Source: Candidatus Altiarchaeales archaeon
GTDB lineage: Archaea; Altiarchaeota; Altiarchaeia; IMC4; SCGC-AAA252-I15
Direction: 5' to 3'
Assembly (NCBI GenBank): GCA_014727915.1
Contig: WJMO01000006.1
Location: 472,762 to 536,761 of the forward strand
DNA length: 64,000 nt
Shown piece after piece: positions 47,805-56,896 of this stretch. The position numbers and the translations under genes are program-made. Position 1 is the stretch's first letter, and each line of letters starts with the position of its first letter. Below the pieces are notes generated by a model. It was not told where the DNA came from and ran no database searches. It saw only the letters and a list, made by a program, of their open reading frames with translations.

Positions 47805-48015
47805 TTGCAATCTAAGTCATATGACTTAACTTTTGGGCTAGGCTTAAAACTACTTTGACTTAAACCAATAAAAACCTTTCGACACTAAAAACACACCATA
47901 AAATAAGTCATAAGAATAAGTCATGAAAATAAATATGACTTACTTCTATGACATACTTCTGCTATGGTTTTTTCATGTCTTCTGACTTCCCAATACCCTC
48001 TAATACCTGCCTTTT
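47805..48015. promoter_or_regulatory. Divergent promoter region with an AAGTCAT/ATGACTT operator-like array, including a perfect 16-bp palindrome
   Basis: TAAGTCATATGACTTA at 47813-47828, 10 nt upstream of the ATPase start. Further half-sites at 47903-47911, 47917-47924, 47935-47942 and (degenerate) 47947-47955. Confidence 0.45.
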
Positions 48016-48019
48016 TTAG

Positions 48020-49261
48020 GTGTATCTCACCTATTCTAACAACATGTACGTTGCATTCGACGATACCGACTCCCGGAAAGGAATGTGCACAACATACCTG
48101 GCAGCGCGCATATGCCACAGGATAAACATCATAGGGCTTCCACGGCTGGTTAGGCTTAACCCTAACATACCCTACAAGACCCGGGGCAACGGGGCGGTCG
48201 CCTTCCGCACGGACGACCCAGATGCTGAAGACATAGTACTCTCTGAAATCAAGAAACACGCGATGATGTCAGATCCCATGACCAACCCCGGAGCGGTATT
48301 CCTGGACTGTGAGGAAGTCCCGGCAGAAATAAGAAGGTTCTATGATCGCGCGGTTTCAGAGATAGTGTCCGTGGAGGATGCTGAAAAGACCGCGGAAAAA
48401 TCGGGCGCCACAGTCCACAAGTTCAAGAACGGCAGGGGAGTCATCGGTGCCATGGCGGCAATAGGCTTCACCGGCGGCCACACATATGAGCTCATAGCCT
48501 ACCGAAACAGACTCAACTACGGCAAACCCAAGAAGATAAAGAAAGAGTCTGTCATAAAAATGCATGATACACTTTATCCCCGGGTATTCGACTCCCTGGA
48601 CCAAAAAAGAGAGAAGGTCATCATAACCCCCAGGGGGCAAGATCCAGTCTTCTGTGGCATAAGGGGCCTGACTTCTGAGGATGTGCTTTCAGGATGGGAC
48701 ATGGTACATGCGGGTGAGCCCCTAGAGCGCATACAGGTATTTGAGACCAACCAGGCCACAGACGCCCACATAAGAAAGAAGAAGATAGCAGACGTAAAAC
48801 CCTACGATTGTGTTATGGTCTCCGGGGAAGTGTCATCAAAACCTAAGTCACACCCGGGCGGCCATGTCGTATTCACGCTCACAGACGATACGGGATCCAT
48901 CGATTGCGCCGCCTACAAGCCCACAGGACCCTTCCGGAAGATTGTAAGTCACCTGACTCCCGGTGACTTACTTGACGTATATGGTGGTATCGGACGCTAT
49001 CTGAAGACCGTCAACATGGAAAAGATTGAAATAAGGCGTTTGAAAGATGTTTTTTCTGGTGACTCTCCCTCCTGCTGTGGTAAAAAGATGACCTCTGCTG
49101 GAAGGGGCGACCAGGTCAAGTGCAGGTTGTGCGGTTCAAAGTCAACTAAAAAGCGCCTGATAAGGGCCCGAGATATTTCAACAGGATTCTATGACGTGCC
49201 TCCAGAGTCCAGACGCCATCTTAGCCGGCCTGTTTTCCTGGACCTAGCTGCTGGTATTTAA
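48020..49261 (+). CDS. tiaS: tRNA(Ile2) 2-agmatinylcytidine synthetase
   Basis: N-terminal VAFDDTDS motif characteristic of TiaS, about 400 aa, C-terminal Zn ribbon (CCGKK...CRLCGS). The start may instead be the second Met, at 48044. Confidence 0.7.
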   Translation: MYLTYSNNMYVAFDDTDSRKGMCTTYLAARICHRINIIGLPRLVRLNPNIPYKTRGNGAVAFRTDDPDAEDIVLSEIKKHAMMSDPMTNPGAVFLDCEEVPAEIRRFYDRAVSEIVSVEDAEKTAEKSGATVHKFKNGRGVIGAMAAIGFTGGHTYELIAYRNRLNYGKPKKIKKESVIKMHDTLYPRVFDSLDQKREKVIITPRGQDPVFCGIRGLTSEDVLSGWDMVHAGEPLERIQVFETNQATDAHIRKKKIADVKPYDCVMVSGEVSSKPKSHPGGHVVFTLTDDTGSIDCAAYKPTGPFRKIVSHLTPGDLLDVYGGIGRYLKTVNMEKIEIRRLKDVFSGDSPSCCGKKMTSAGRGDQVKCRLCGSKSTKKRLIRARDISTGFYDVPPESRRHLSRPVFLDLAAGI

Positions 49262-49496
49262 GCATATAAGCCGATTTTCTTTCTGATGAGGATTGGTTTC
49301 GACCAGCACTGTCCTGACTGCATCTACGCAGGTTATACTAATATGCTCTATGGTAAATGCTATTGCAAGAAATTCAGGATGATGGTCTCAAGGAAGCGAT
49401 TCCCACCACCATCCGTAAGACCTCAAAAAAAGGATGTTTGCGAGTATTTCAGCAGCAAGTCCCGGCTTTGACTTACTTTTGACTCACTTCCGGGAC

Positions 49497-50702
49497 TTAT
49501 ATTCCTAGGAAATACATGGCTGTTGGAACTATTAAAACCCCCATCAGATGTGTTCTGCTGACTCCTGCTAGTATGGGCAGAAGCCCTATTGCGGTTGATG
49601 CCATCGCCACCAATAATCCCATGATGCCTGTGAAGGTGTACACCAGTGCCAGCACGAATACGAGCACCGCGGATGAGAGCAGCCGGTAGTTCAAGACGTT
49701 GAATCCCCTGGCTGCTCTTCTTCCTATTGCAATGTGCATGACTGTTGCTATGGAACCTGAAAGCGCGAACACGCCGGTGAACAGGATAAGGGTGTTCATG
49801 TCCAATTCTATTATCCTGTCAAGCATGACAGCAACCCCGCTTCTCGGGTTCTGTATTGTGTAAAGTGATACGAGTGAGTATATTGCGTCGCTGGTGTTTA
49901 TCGCGCTGACTGACACTAGGAAGTTTTGCGTGTTGGTTCCGAAGATGCTGGACATTATCACCCCAACCTGTGACGGGCTCATGGCTGGGAGCACTCCCAC
50001 TACTGCTCCTCCTATTGCACCTAAAAGTCCGCTGCCCAATATGTTCCGGTCAATCTTTGCTCTTGAGTGTTCCTGCTGGGGTATCGTCTGAGGCTCGTTT
50101 TTTATGGAGTAGATCAGCCCGCTCAATCCGAACAGCCCTGCGAACACCGGGAAAAGAACATAAGTCGATGATATGCTGTCCATGTTCAATGCAATGACCC
50201 CCAACACACCAGACATTGCCATAATGATTACCGCCCATATCTTGCCCCTCGTTTTTCTCTCTCTGAGTATTAGATATGCTGCGGCTGCCATCACAATGTA
50301 TATGACGAATCCCCTTATGCTGTTGTAAACTATGGGTATGATGTAAAGCGCCGGCACCAGCATTGCCAGGCCGAAGACCAGGCCTAATATGCTTCCGTAT
50401 GCTGTCAGCTTCACCGCATCCATCGCCCTCCCCTTAAGCACAAGCTTGTGTGCTGGGAGCACGCTCAGCGCAGTCTCTTCCTCCGGGACTCCGAGGAAAA
50501 TGGAGGGTATAAAGTCAAGGAACGTGTGGGTGAGGCTCATAGCTACCATTGCCGTGCCGAACCCTATCGCGTCCAACCCCATAGAGGAGTACATTCCCAA
50601 CCCGATCAGGCAGACGGTGTTGACGTGCAGTCCAGGCGTCAATCCTGTCACCACCCCCAGCAGGCATCCTATCAACGCCAGCAGAACGTACTCCAGCATC
50701 AA
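49497..50702 (-). CDS. Polytopic membrane transporter, TctA/DUF112-like
   Basis: 401 aa with at least 10 TM helices and Gly-rich TM motifs (GLTPGLH, GAIGGAVVG). Confidence 0.4.
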   Translation of the reverse strand: MMLEYVLLALIGCLLGVVTGLTPGLHVNTVCLIGLGMYSSMGLDAIGFGTAMVAMSLTHTFLDFIPSIFLGVPEEETALSVLPAHKLVLKGRAMDAVKLTAYGSILGLVFGLAMLVPALYIIPIVYNSIRGFVIYIVMAAAAYLILRERKTRGKIWAVIIMAMSGVLGVIALNMDSISSTYVLFPVFAGLFGLSGLIYSIKNEPQTIPQQEHSRAKIDRNILGSGLLGAIGGAVVGVLPAMSPSQVGVIMSSIFGTNTQNFLVSVSAINTSDAIYSLVSLYTIQNPRSGVAVMLDRIIELDMNTLILFTGVFALSGSIATVMHIAIGRRAARGFNVLNYRLLSSAVLVFVLALVYTFTGIMGLLVAMASTAIGLLPILAGVSRTHLMGVLIVPTAMYFLGI

Positions 50703-50727
50703 TGAGAATATTCTGTATTATCCTATT

Positions 50728-51735
50728 TTAAGCGCAGAGCCTCTTCAATATGGGGTCTTCTATACGCTCGCATAGGCTTGTGTCCCTTGTCGTCTTCACG
50801 AGGCACATGTTCCTGTGGTCCGAGTTCACGACCTTCTCGCACAGGCTTGAAAGCCCCAGCCTCACCGCCAGCTTCTCACGGCAGTCGTCTGCAAGCCCGA
50901 TGTCCTCTATCCGGTCGCATAAGCTGGTTTCGTTCGTAATAAGCGCGTATGACCTGTAGCATTCGTCCGTCACGTTCTGCCTTAATGCTGCGCCGCACCT
51001 GCTCGAGTCGTTGAAGGTCAATGCGAACCACCTGAAGCAGCTCATTGCAGTATCCTCGGCTTCAACGTCCCTGCACCCGCTTATGTCGTATGTTATCTTG
51101 CTGGCCCCCGAATTGCAGGCGCTCACGTATGTCTTGTTGGATATGGCATTGCATAGTCCCGACTGGTTTGTTCTTTTCACTATCCTCCAGACGCAGACGT
51201 ACTCCTGGTAGTCGTCAACCACATGACTGCATACTTCCGCGTCAACCCTTATCTCGGCGACCTGCCTGTAACACAGGTCTCTCAGTTCACCGTCATTGAC
51301 TTCCTTGCATCCGGCAGGGTCGTGGGAGCTCTCCGAGACCTTCATCAGGCACTGGTCCTTCTGCTTCACGTCTTCCATGCTGTTGCAGATTATGGAGTCG
51401 TTCAATGCTCCTGCGAGCTCACGGTAGCACTTTTCCCTCATCCACTCTATGTTAACTCCCTCGCAGGCTGTGCTGTCTCCTAGTGCGCCGGCCATGTGGA
51501 TGTTGCACTCGCTCCTCTTGTCCTCGTCAAGGATTCTACCGCATAATGACGATATGTTGGCGGTTTTCGCAACCTCCAGCATGCAGTCGTCCCTCCGGTA
51601 GTCAAGTTTGATGTTCTCGCATATGCCAGCGTCCATCTCCTCGACTGCCCTATCATAGTGTCTCTTGTCCACGTCGAGGCAACCACATGCGAGCAACATC
51701 AAAAAAACGACCATCAGCGAGCGCATGATAACCAT
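50728..51735 (-). CDS. Secreted lipoprotein made of about 12 tandem 25-aa two-Cys repeats
   Basis: Signal peptide with an LLACGC lipobox. Repeating unit of the form C-x3-[DE]-x5-[DE]-C-x8-10-[SA]-x-C, for example CDRIEDIGLADDCREKLAVRLGLSSLCEKVV. Confidence 0.5.
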   Translation of the reverse strand: MVIMRSLMVVFLMLLACGCLDVDKRHYDRAVEEMDAGICENIKLDYRRDDCMLEVAKTANISSLCGRILDEDKRSECNIHMAGALGDSTACEGVNIEWMREKCYRELAGALNDSIICNSMEDVKQKDQCLMKVSESSHDPAGCKEVNDGELRDLCYRQVAEIRVDAEVCSHVVDDYQEYVCVWRIVKRTNQSGLCNAISNKTYVSACNSGASKITYDISGCRDVEAEDTAMSCFRWFALTFNDSSRCGAALRQNVTDECYRSYALITNETSLCDRIEDIGLADDCREKLAVRLGLSSLCEKVVNSDHRNMCLVKTTRDTSLCERIEDPILKRLCA

Positions 51736-51921
51736 TTGGCACCTATCGAATAAAACTAATTTCCCTTACGAAACCGTGGGCTTTATATACTATGTTTGCA
51801 TTGTATTAGGAAAACACCTCATCTGTTTCCTGAGAGAGGTTGGCTGATTACCATATCAGCCTAAAAAAAGATGTGAACCACCTATGGGGGGGTTGGGGTG
51901 ATCCGATCCCCCCACCTTACC

Positions 51922-52608
51922 CTAACCCGAGATCATCTGTTCTATCAGCGCCCTGTACTCTTCCTCTTCTTTTTCTTTGTCGTCACGTACCTGGTAACCA
52001 TTACCCACACGTGTGAACCTGCATCCGAAGCTGAAGTATGGCACGGTCCTTATTTCATTCCCCTCATAGAACACCTCGTATTCACCGTCAGGCATGCTCC
52101 TCTCCATGCGCTCTGTCAGGGTGTCGTCCTCGACGTCAAAAACCCAGTGATGGGCCTTGATGAGCCCTTTTTCCATGTATTCGCTGGCTACCCTGTCGAA
52201 TATGGGCGCGCTCCATTCGCAGTTGTGGCAGGAGTTCTTGCTGTACATCCTTATGATAGGCTTACCATCAACCCTGCACACACTGCCCCCCCGGTCTTCG
52301 AAGGTCTTGATCCGGGAGTCCAAAGTGGTTGAAGTGGGTGCAGAAGTCGCAGGGGTTTGACTCGCGCCCTCAGACCCAAAATTCATGTTTAAACCATCTA
52401 CAGACCCATCCACACCATGACTTACTTCTCCGTGACTTATTTTTCCCTGGTTATTTGTGCTGTTTTGGACTTTTATCCTCCAAACATAGTCCTCATTCAA
52501 TACTCTTAATGTGGTTGTGGTCGAAGACTCATCTACTCTGGCGGGTTTGCTGACGCAGCCGCAGACTAGTATTGTGGTCAGAACCACAACTGCATACGTA
52601 ACCCTCAT
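51922..52608 (-). CDS. Extracytoplasmic thioredoxin-like lipoprotein (CHNC motif)
   Basis: Signal peptide with an LVCGC lipobox-like motif and a T-rich linker, then beta-strand IIRMYS followed by CHNC (thioredoxin-like CxxC). Confidence 0.45.
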   Translation of the reverse strand: MRVTYAVVVLTTILVCGCVSKPARVDESSTTTTLRVLNEDYVWRIKVQNSTNNQGKISHGEVSHGVDGSVDGLNMNFGSEGASQTPATSAPTSTTLDSRIKTFEDRGGSVCRVDGKPIIRMYSKNSCHNCEWSAPIFDRVASEYMEKGLIKAHHWVFDVEDDTLTERMERSMPDGEYEVFYEGNEIRTVPYFSFGCRFTRVGNGYQVRDDKEKEEEEYRALIEQMISG

Positions 52609-52723
52609 CTTGAAGAAGATTTACCATTCCAGCACATAAATAGCAGATATTTTTACAAGACTACAGACTACATTTTTACGCCTCTAATTCAATACTATTC
52701 CACTCGACTTCTTGGGATGATGT

Positions 52724-54928
52724 ATGAAGGTTCTTAAGAGCAATAATAAGCTGGTTCGCTACGACCGCAACAAGGTGATACAAACAGCCATGGCAGCGGG
52801 GGCTCCGCTAAAGCTCGCGACACAGATTGCATCCGAGGTCAGGGGCGAAGGCTACGATGGAATGACAACCGACGAGATACGGATGCGCGTCTACATAAAA
52901 CTCAAGAAGATCAACCCCGACTTTGCCGAGCGATACGTCTACCGTTCCAACATGCAGGTCCGCACTTCCAGCACTTCACTGGACAACTTCGAGATAGAGA
53001 AGATAATAAACTCCCTTTCTGAGGAGACACGTGTCGACCAGAGCTTTGCGAAGAAGATCGCGAAGCAGGTCGAGAAGGAGCTTGGCCGCATGCGGCTTAA
53101 CTATGTGACGGCTCCCCTGATAAGGGAGATAGTCAATGTCAAGCTTTTGGAGCATGGGATGGAGTCCGTGCGGGCAAGGTACACCCGTTTGGGGATGCCG
53201 GTCTACGATGTTAAGCGTCTTTTGGAGTCCGGGTCGAGGGACATCGCCCAGTACAGCCCCGAGGCGGTTCACAAGCTGATGAGCGACCAGATAGCTCGCG
53301 AGTACGCTCTCATAAACGTTCTACCCGTTGACTTGGCTGACGCTCACATATGCGGCCAGATCCACATACACGACCTCAACTACTATCCTCTGAGACCGAC
53401 GATATTCTCCCATGACTTGAGGTTCTTCCTGCGCCGAGGTTTGAAGGCTGACGGTACTGGAGAGTATACTGCGGTCGCGGGGCCCGCGAAGCACCCGACA
53501 TCTGCTTTGATGCATGCGTTGAAGGTTTTGATAGCCGGTCAGACGGAGTGCAGCAGGGAACAGTACATCGAGGACTTCAACAATGTCATGGCACCCTACG
53601 TGTCGGGGCTGCCCTACAAAGACGTCAAGCAGCTTGTGCAGATGCTCTTCTATGAGATCTCGCAGACATCGGTCGGAAAGGGAGGCCAGGCAATATACGC
53701 TGCCCTGTCCTTCAACACCTCAGTCCCCCGGTACTTGAGGGATGTGCTGGCCGTGCAGCCTGGTGGCCGAACGAAGAAGGGCCTCACATACGGGGACTAC
53801 GAGGACGAGGCGGAGATGATATTCAAGGCCGCGTTGGATGTGAGCCTGGAAGGTGACGCCCTGGGGAAGCCTTTCATATACCCGAAGGTGAAGGTTAATG
53901 TTGTGGGCAAGCCTGGTGATGACATGATGCACAAGGCTGCCGAGCTGACAGCCAAGTTCGGACTGCCCTATTTCCTGAACTCTGGCAGGCAGTTCTTCGG
54001 CAACCGCAGGGGCACAATCCAGCATGTGACTTTGAACCTTCCCCAGGCCGCGTATGTCCCGCGGGATCCCATGACCGTCATCGACAACAGGATGAAGAAG
54101 GCCTTTGAAGTCCTGTTGTTGAAGAAGAAGGTTGTGTCGAGGAACCTCCAGCATAACCTGCTACCTTTCCTAAAGCAGAAGGCTGCGGGGTTGAGGTACT
54201 ACAACCCGCAGAAGCAGCTTTACGTGATCTCATACTCCGGCCTCTCAGAGTTTGTGAAGAACGAGACCAACGAGGACATAAAGTCAAAGGCGGGATCCTC
54301 ATATGCATCCTCTGTGCTTAAGTCGATGATGCGGTCGGTAGACACCTTCAGGGAGGAGAGCGAACTCGATTTCATACTTACCGGCGCGCCGAAGGGCATA
54401 TGCTACACCCGCTTCGCCGAACTGGACCTTGGCAGGTACGGTGACAGGGCGCTGGTAAGGGCTGAGAGGAACCCTTACTATTCGAAGACCCATTATGTGA
54501 GCAGTCGCAGGCTTTCGGAGAAGCTTAGGGTTGAGGGCAGGATGAACTGCATAGTGAATGGCAGGACCCTCACTCACATAAGGCTTTGCGATGGTGAATT
54601 GCATGCTGATGACGTTCTGAAGATGGTCAATAAGACGCTTTCCAGGAAGGATGTCAAGTACTTCACGTTCTCCCGTGACCTTACGGTCTGCAGCAAATGC
54701 GGTCACGTACAGGCCGCGATAACCGGCAAGTGCGGCAGCTGCAAGAGCCCGAGGGTGGCTGTTTGGAGCCGGGACACTGGGCACCTGCAGAACACTCGCA
54801 CGTGGAATCGCTCCCAACGCCAGGCTTACGTTGACGAATACCGATATGACACCCGGGGAAGGGGGGTTGAGGTCTCGGCGAGGCAGAAGAAGACCATAAT
54901 GAGATATGGAGATGGCAAAACCGCCTAG
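52724..54928 (+). CDS. nrdD: Anaerobic (class III) ribonucleoside-triphosphate reductase
   Basis: N-terminal ATP-cone, a glycyl-radical enzyme fold of 734 aa, and a C-terminal Zn ribbon (CSKCGH...CGSCKS). Confidence 0.8.
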   Translation: MKVLKSNNKLVRYDRNKVIQTAMAAGAPLKLATQIASEVRGEGYDGMTTDEIRMRVYIKLKKINPDFAERYVYRSNMQVRTSSTSLDNFEIEKIINSLSEETRVDQSFAKKIAKQVEKELGRMRLNYVTAPLIREIVNVKLLEHGMESVRARYTRLGMPVYDVKRLLESGSRDIAQYSPEAVHKLMSDQIAREYALINVLPVDLADAHICGQIHIHDLNYYPLRPTIFSHDLRFFLRRGLKADGTGEYTAVAGPAKHPTSALMHALKVLIAGQTECSREQYIEDFNNVMAPYVSGLPYKDVKQLVQMLFYEISQTSVGKGGQAIYAALSFNTSVPRYLRDVLAVQPGGRTKKGLTYGDYEDEAEMIFKAALDVSLEGDALGKPFIYPKVKVNVVGKPGDDMMHKAAELTAKFGLPYFLNSGRQFFGNRRGTIQHVTLNLPQAAYVPRDPMTVIDNRMKKAFEVLLLKKKVVSRNLQHNLLPFLKQKAAGLRYYNPQKQLYVISYSGLSEFVKNETNEDIKSKAGSSYASSVLKSMMRSVDTFREESELDFILTGAPKGICYTRFAELDLGRYGDRALVRAERNPYYSKTHYVSSRRLSEKLRVEGRMNCIVNGRTLTHIRLCDGELHADDVLKMVNKTLSRKDVKYFTFSRDLTVCSKCGHVQAAITGKCGSCKSPRVAVWSRDTGHLQNTRTWNRSQRQAYVDEYRYDTRGRGVEVSARQKKTIMRYGDGKTA

Positions 54929-56186
54929 ACACCAGAGCTGGGAGAACCCTAGATGCGGGGTGTTCAAGAGCATGGGAGAATCCCGGCCGATGAGCAGGGA
55001 GATGTGCTTGAAGTGCAAGGGGGGCAGGCTTCTCTGCGGCCACGACCACTGCCCGCTACTTCGGAAGATGGACCTTCAGAACCCAGTCCAAGACCGGCTC
55101 AAGGAGGAGATGTTCGGGCCTTCACCCTCAGTGTTCGTGGGTTGGAAGGACTACCCCAACGTATATGTGGGCCCTATGACCTCCTTGGATGAGGAGGCTG
55201 AGCGCCTCGACAATCCAGGGTCGTGGTACGGTTTGGGATTCGACGATATAATACGGATGCGTTCGCTGATGGTCAGGGGCAAGCAGAAGCGGCCGGTCTC
55301 GGACAGAACCCGCTTCACTGAGAAGATGAGGGAGCTCGCATTATCTGTCCGGCCCGTTGACGTTGAAACCCACTATAAGAGAAAGCCCCATTTCAGCATG
55401 TCATTCTCTCCGGTTAGCCAGCCTATGGGCGCGTCAGGCGATGTCCGCAGGTTCCATGTAACGGAGAACCCGGTGATCCCCCGGAAGGTTGACTATGTCG
55501 TCTCTGATGAGCTGAGGTCTGTGGACCAGGTCAGAAATCTTTTCGACAAGAACTTTGACGTATACTATCTCACAAACGTCCTCGCCTCGGGCTCCCTAGG
55601 CATCGAAGACGACCGTAAGATGGTCCCGACACGGTGGAGCATAACAGCCGTAGATGACATGCTGGGGAAGGAGCTGATGAAGCGCATACGCGACTACCCG
55701 TGCGTGAACGATTTCCAGGTTTACGAGAACACCTACCTGGAGAACCACTTCGAGATACTGTTGATCCCCGGAGCATGGGAGTTCGAGCAGTTCGAGGCAT
55801 GGTCTCCCCAGACCCTCTGGACGATCGGCCAGTCGGAGCACACGATAGTCCAGGAACATGAGGGTCACGGTGGAAGGTGGGAATACGCCTACAACGAGGG
55901 CGGAGGATACTATGCCGGCAGGTTCGCAGTATTGGAGGCGCTCCATGCGATGCGCCGGCAGGCCCGTGCGATCGTATTCAGGGAGATATACGACAGCTAC
56001 ATAATGCCGGTTGGCGTCTGGGAGGTCCGGGAGAACGTGCGGAAGGCTATGGAGTCCAGGCCGACAAATCATGCGACATTACACCAGGCCCTGGAGGACA
56101 TCAACACCCGCCTGACAATCCCAGTGGGCAAGTACGCGGAAAAGAGCGAGATACTTAAACAGCGCAGGATAACCGAATACACCTGA
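54906..56186 (+). CDS. NreA-like protein (archaeal DUF650/DUF651-type) with an N-terminal Zn finger and a C-terminal PIP-like motif
   Basis: N-terminus CLKCKGGRLLCGHDHCP. 426 aa. The extreme C-terminus QRRITEYT approximates a PIP box, Qxx[ILM]xx[FY][FY]. Overlaps the nrdD 3' end by 23 nt. The family call is tentative. Confidence 0.35.
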   Translation: MEMAKPPRHQSWENPRCGVFKSMGESRPMSREMCLKCKGGRLLCGHDHCPLLRKMDLQNPVQDRLKEEMFGPSPSVFVGWKDYPNVYVGPMTSLDEEAERLDNPGSWYGLGFDDIIRMRSLMVRGKQKRPVSDRTRFTEKMRELALSVRPVDVETHYKRKPHFSMSFSPVSQPMGASGDVRRFHVTENPVIPRKVDYVVSDELRSVDQVRNLFDKNFDVYYLTNVLASGSLGIEDDRKMVPTRWSITAVDDMLGKELMKRIRDYPCVNDFQVYENTYLENHFEILLIPGAWEFEQFEAWSPQTLWTIGQSEHTIVQEHEGHGGRWEYAYNEGGGYYAGRFAVLEALHAMRRQARAIVFREIYDSYIMPVGVWEVRENVRKAMESRPTNHATLHQALEDINTRLTIPVGKYAEKSEILKQRRITEYT

Positions 56187-56205
56187 CATAGAACAACCCA
56201 GAAAC

Positions 56206-56481
56206 TCAGATCTCGGTCTTTACGAGCGGCTGGAACTCCGTCTCCGGAAGGAGATACTCGATTACGTACTCCGTTATCTGGTAGAAGCTGTGGGCTATCA
56301 CAGCCAATCCGATGAACATGCTGAATAGCATGAATATCTGGACGGTGTCTGGGAGGCTCTTCATCATGTCCCAGAACATCACGGATTCGAAGGTGTCGCT
56401 GAACATCTGCATCAATAGCGGCACGTAGACTGTGAGCGCCCCGGTCAGGAACACTAGCAGCACCACCCTCGCAAAGTTCAT
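56206..56481 (-). CDS. Small membrane protein (91 aa)
   Basis: Two or three hydrophobic helices. No known domain recognised. Confidence 0.25.
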   Translation of the reverse strand: MNFARVVLLVFLTGALTVYVPLLMQMFSDTFESVMFWDMMKSLPDTVQIFMLFSMFIGLAVIAHSFYQITEYVIEYLLPETEFQPLVKTEI

Positions 56482-56524
56482 AGATAACTCTTGTCCTTGG
56501 ATGTTAAAAAATGTCCTCTTTTTT

Positions 56525-56725
56525 TCAGAACCACCAGAGTTCTGTGTCCTCTGCCCTCCCCCCTTCGCAGTCGCAGTCCGGGCATATGTACCGCTCTATG
56601 CTGTACTCCCATTCTCCCATAGTGTATACTTCACTGTACATGTAAACCCACCCTAGATCTGGCTTAAGGACCAGGGGCAGGGGGGTCCCGCACCTTGGGC
56701 ACCTCATGGCATCATTAACCTCCAT
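56525..56725 (-). CDS. Small zinc-ribbon protein (66 aa)
   Basis: CPRCG ... CPDCDC, four Cys in ribbon spacing. Confidence 0.3.
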   Translation of the reverse strand: MEVNDAMRCPRCGTPLPLVLKPDLGWVYMYSEVYTMGEWEYSIERYICPDCDCEGGRAEDTELWWF

Positions 56726-56896
56726 CCGTTAGGCTTCGGCGGCTGGGTTATGTAATAGTATAGTAGGTTCAGCGCCGCAGCCGGGTTTATAACAGCCTCC
56801 ATCACCAACACCGATTTAATTTCTACATTGACATATTAACTGTCCCCAACCATAAGGAACAGGCTAAAACAGTGTTAAAAAAGGGATTAGACGAGG

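Noticed and set aside
49286-49471. 61-aa Cys/Tyr-containing ORF downstream of tiaS
   Set aside because: Short, with no ribbon-like Cys spacing and no start context recognised. Kept out of the feature list as unsupported; it could be real.
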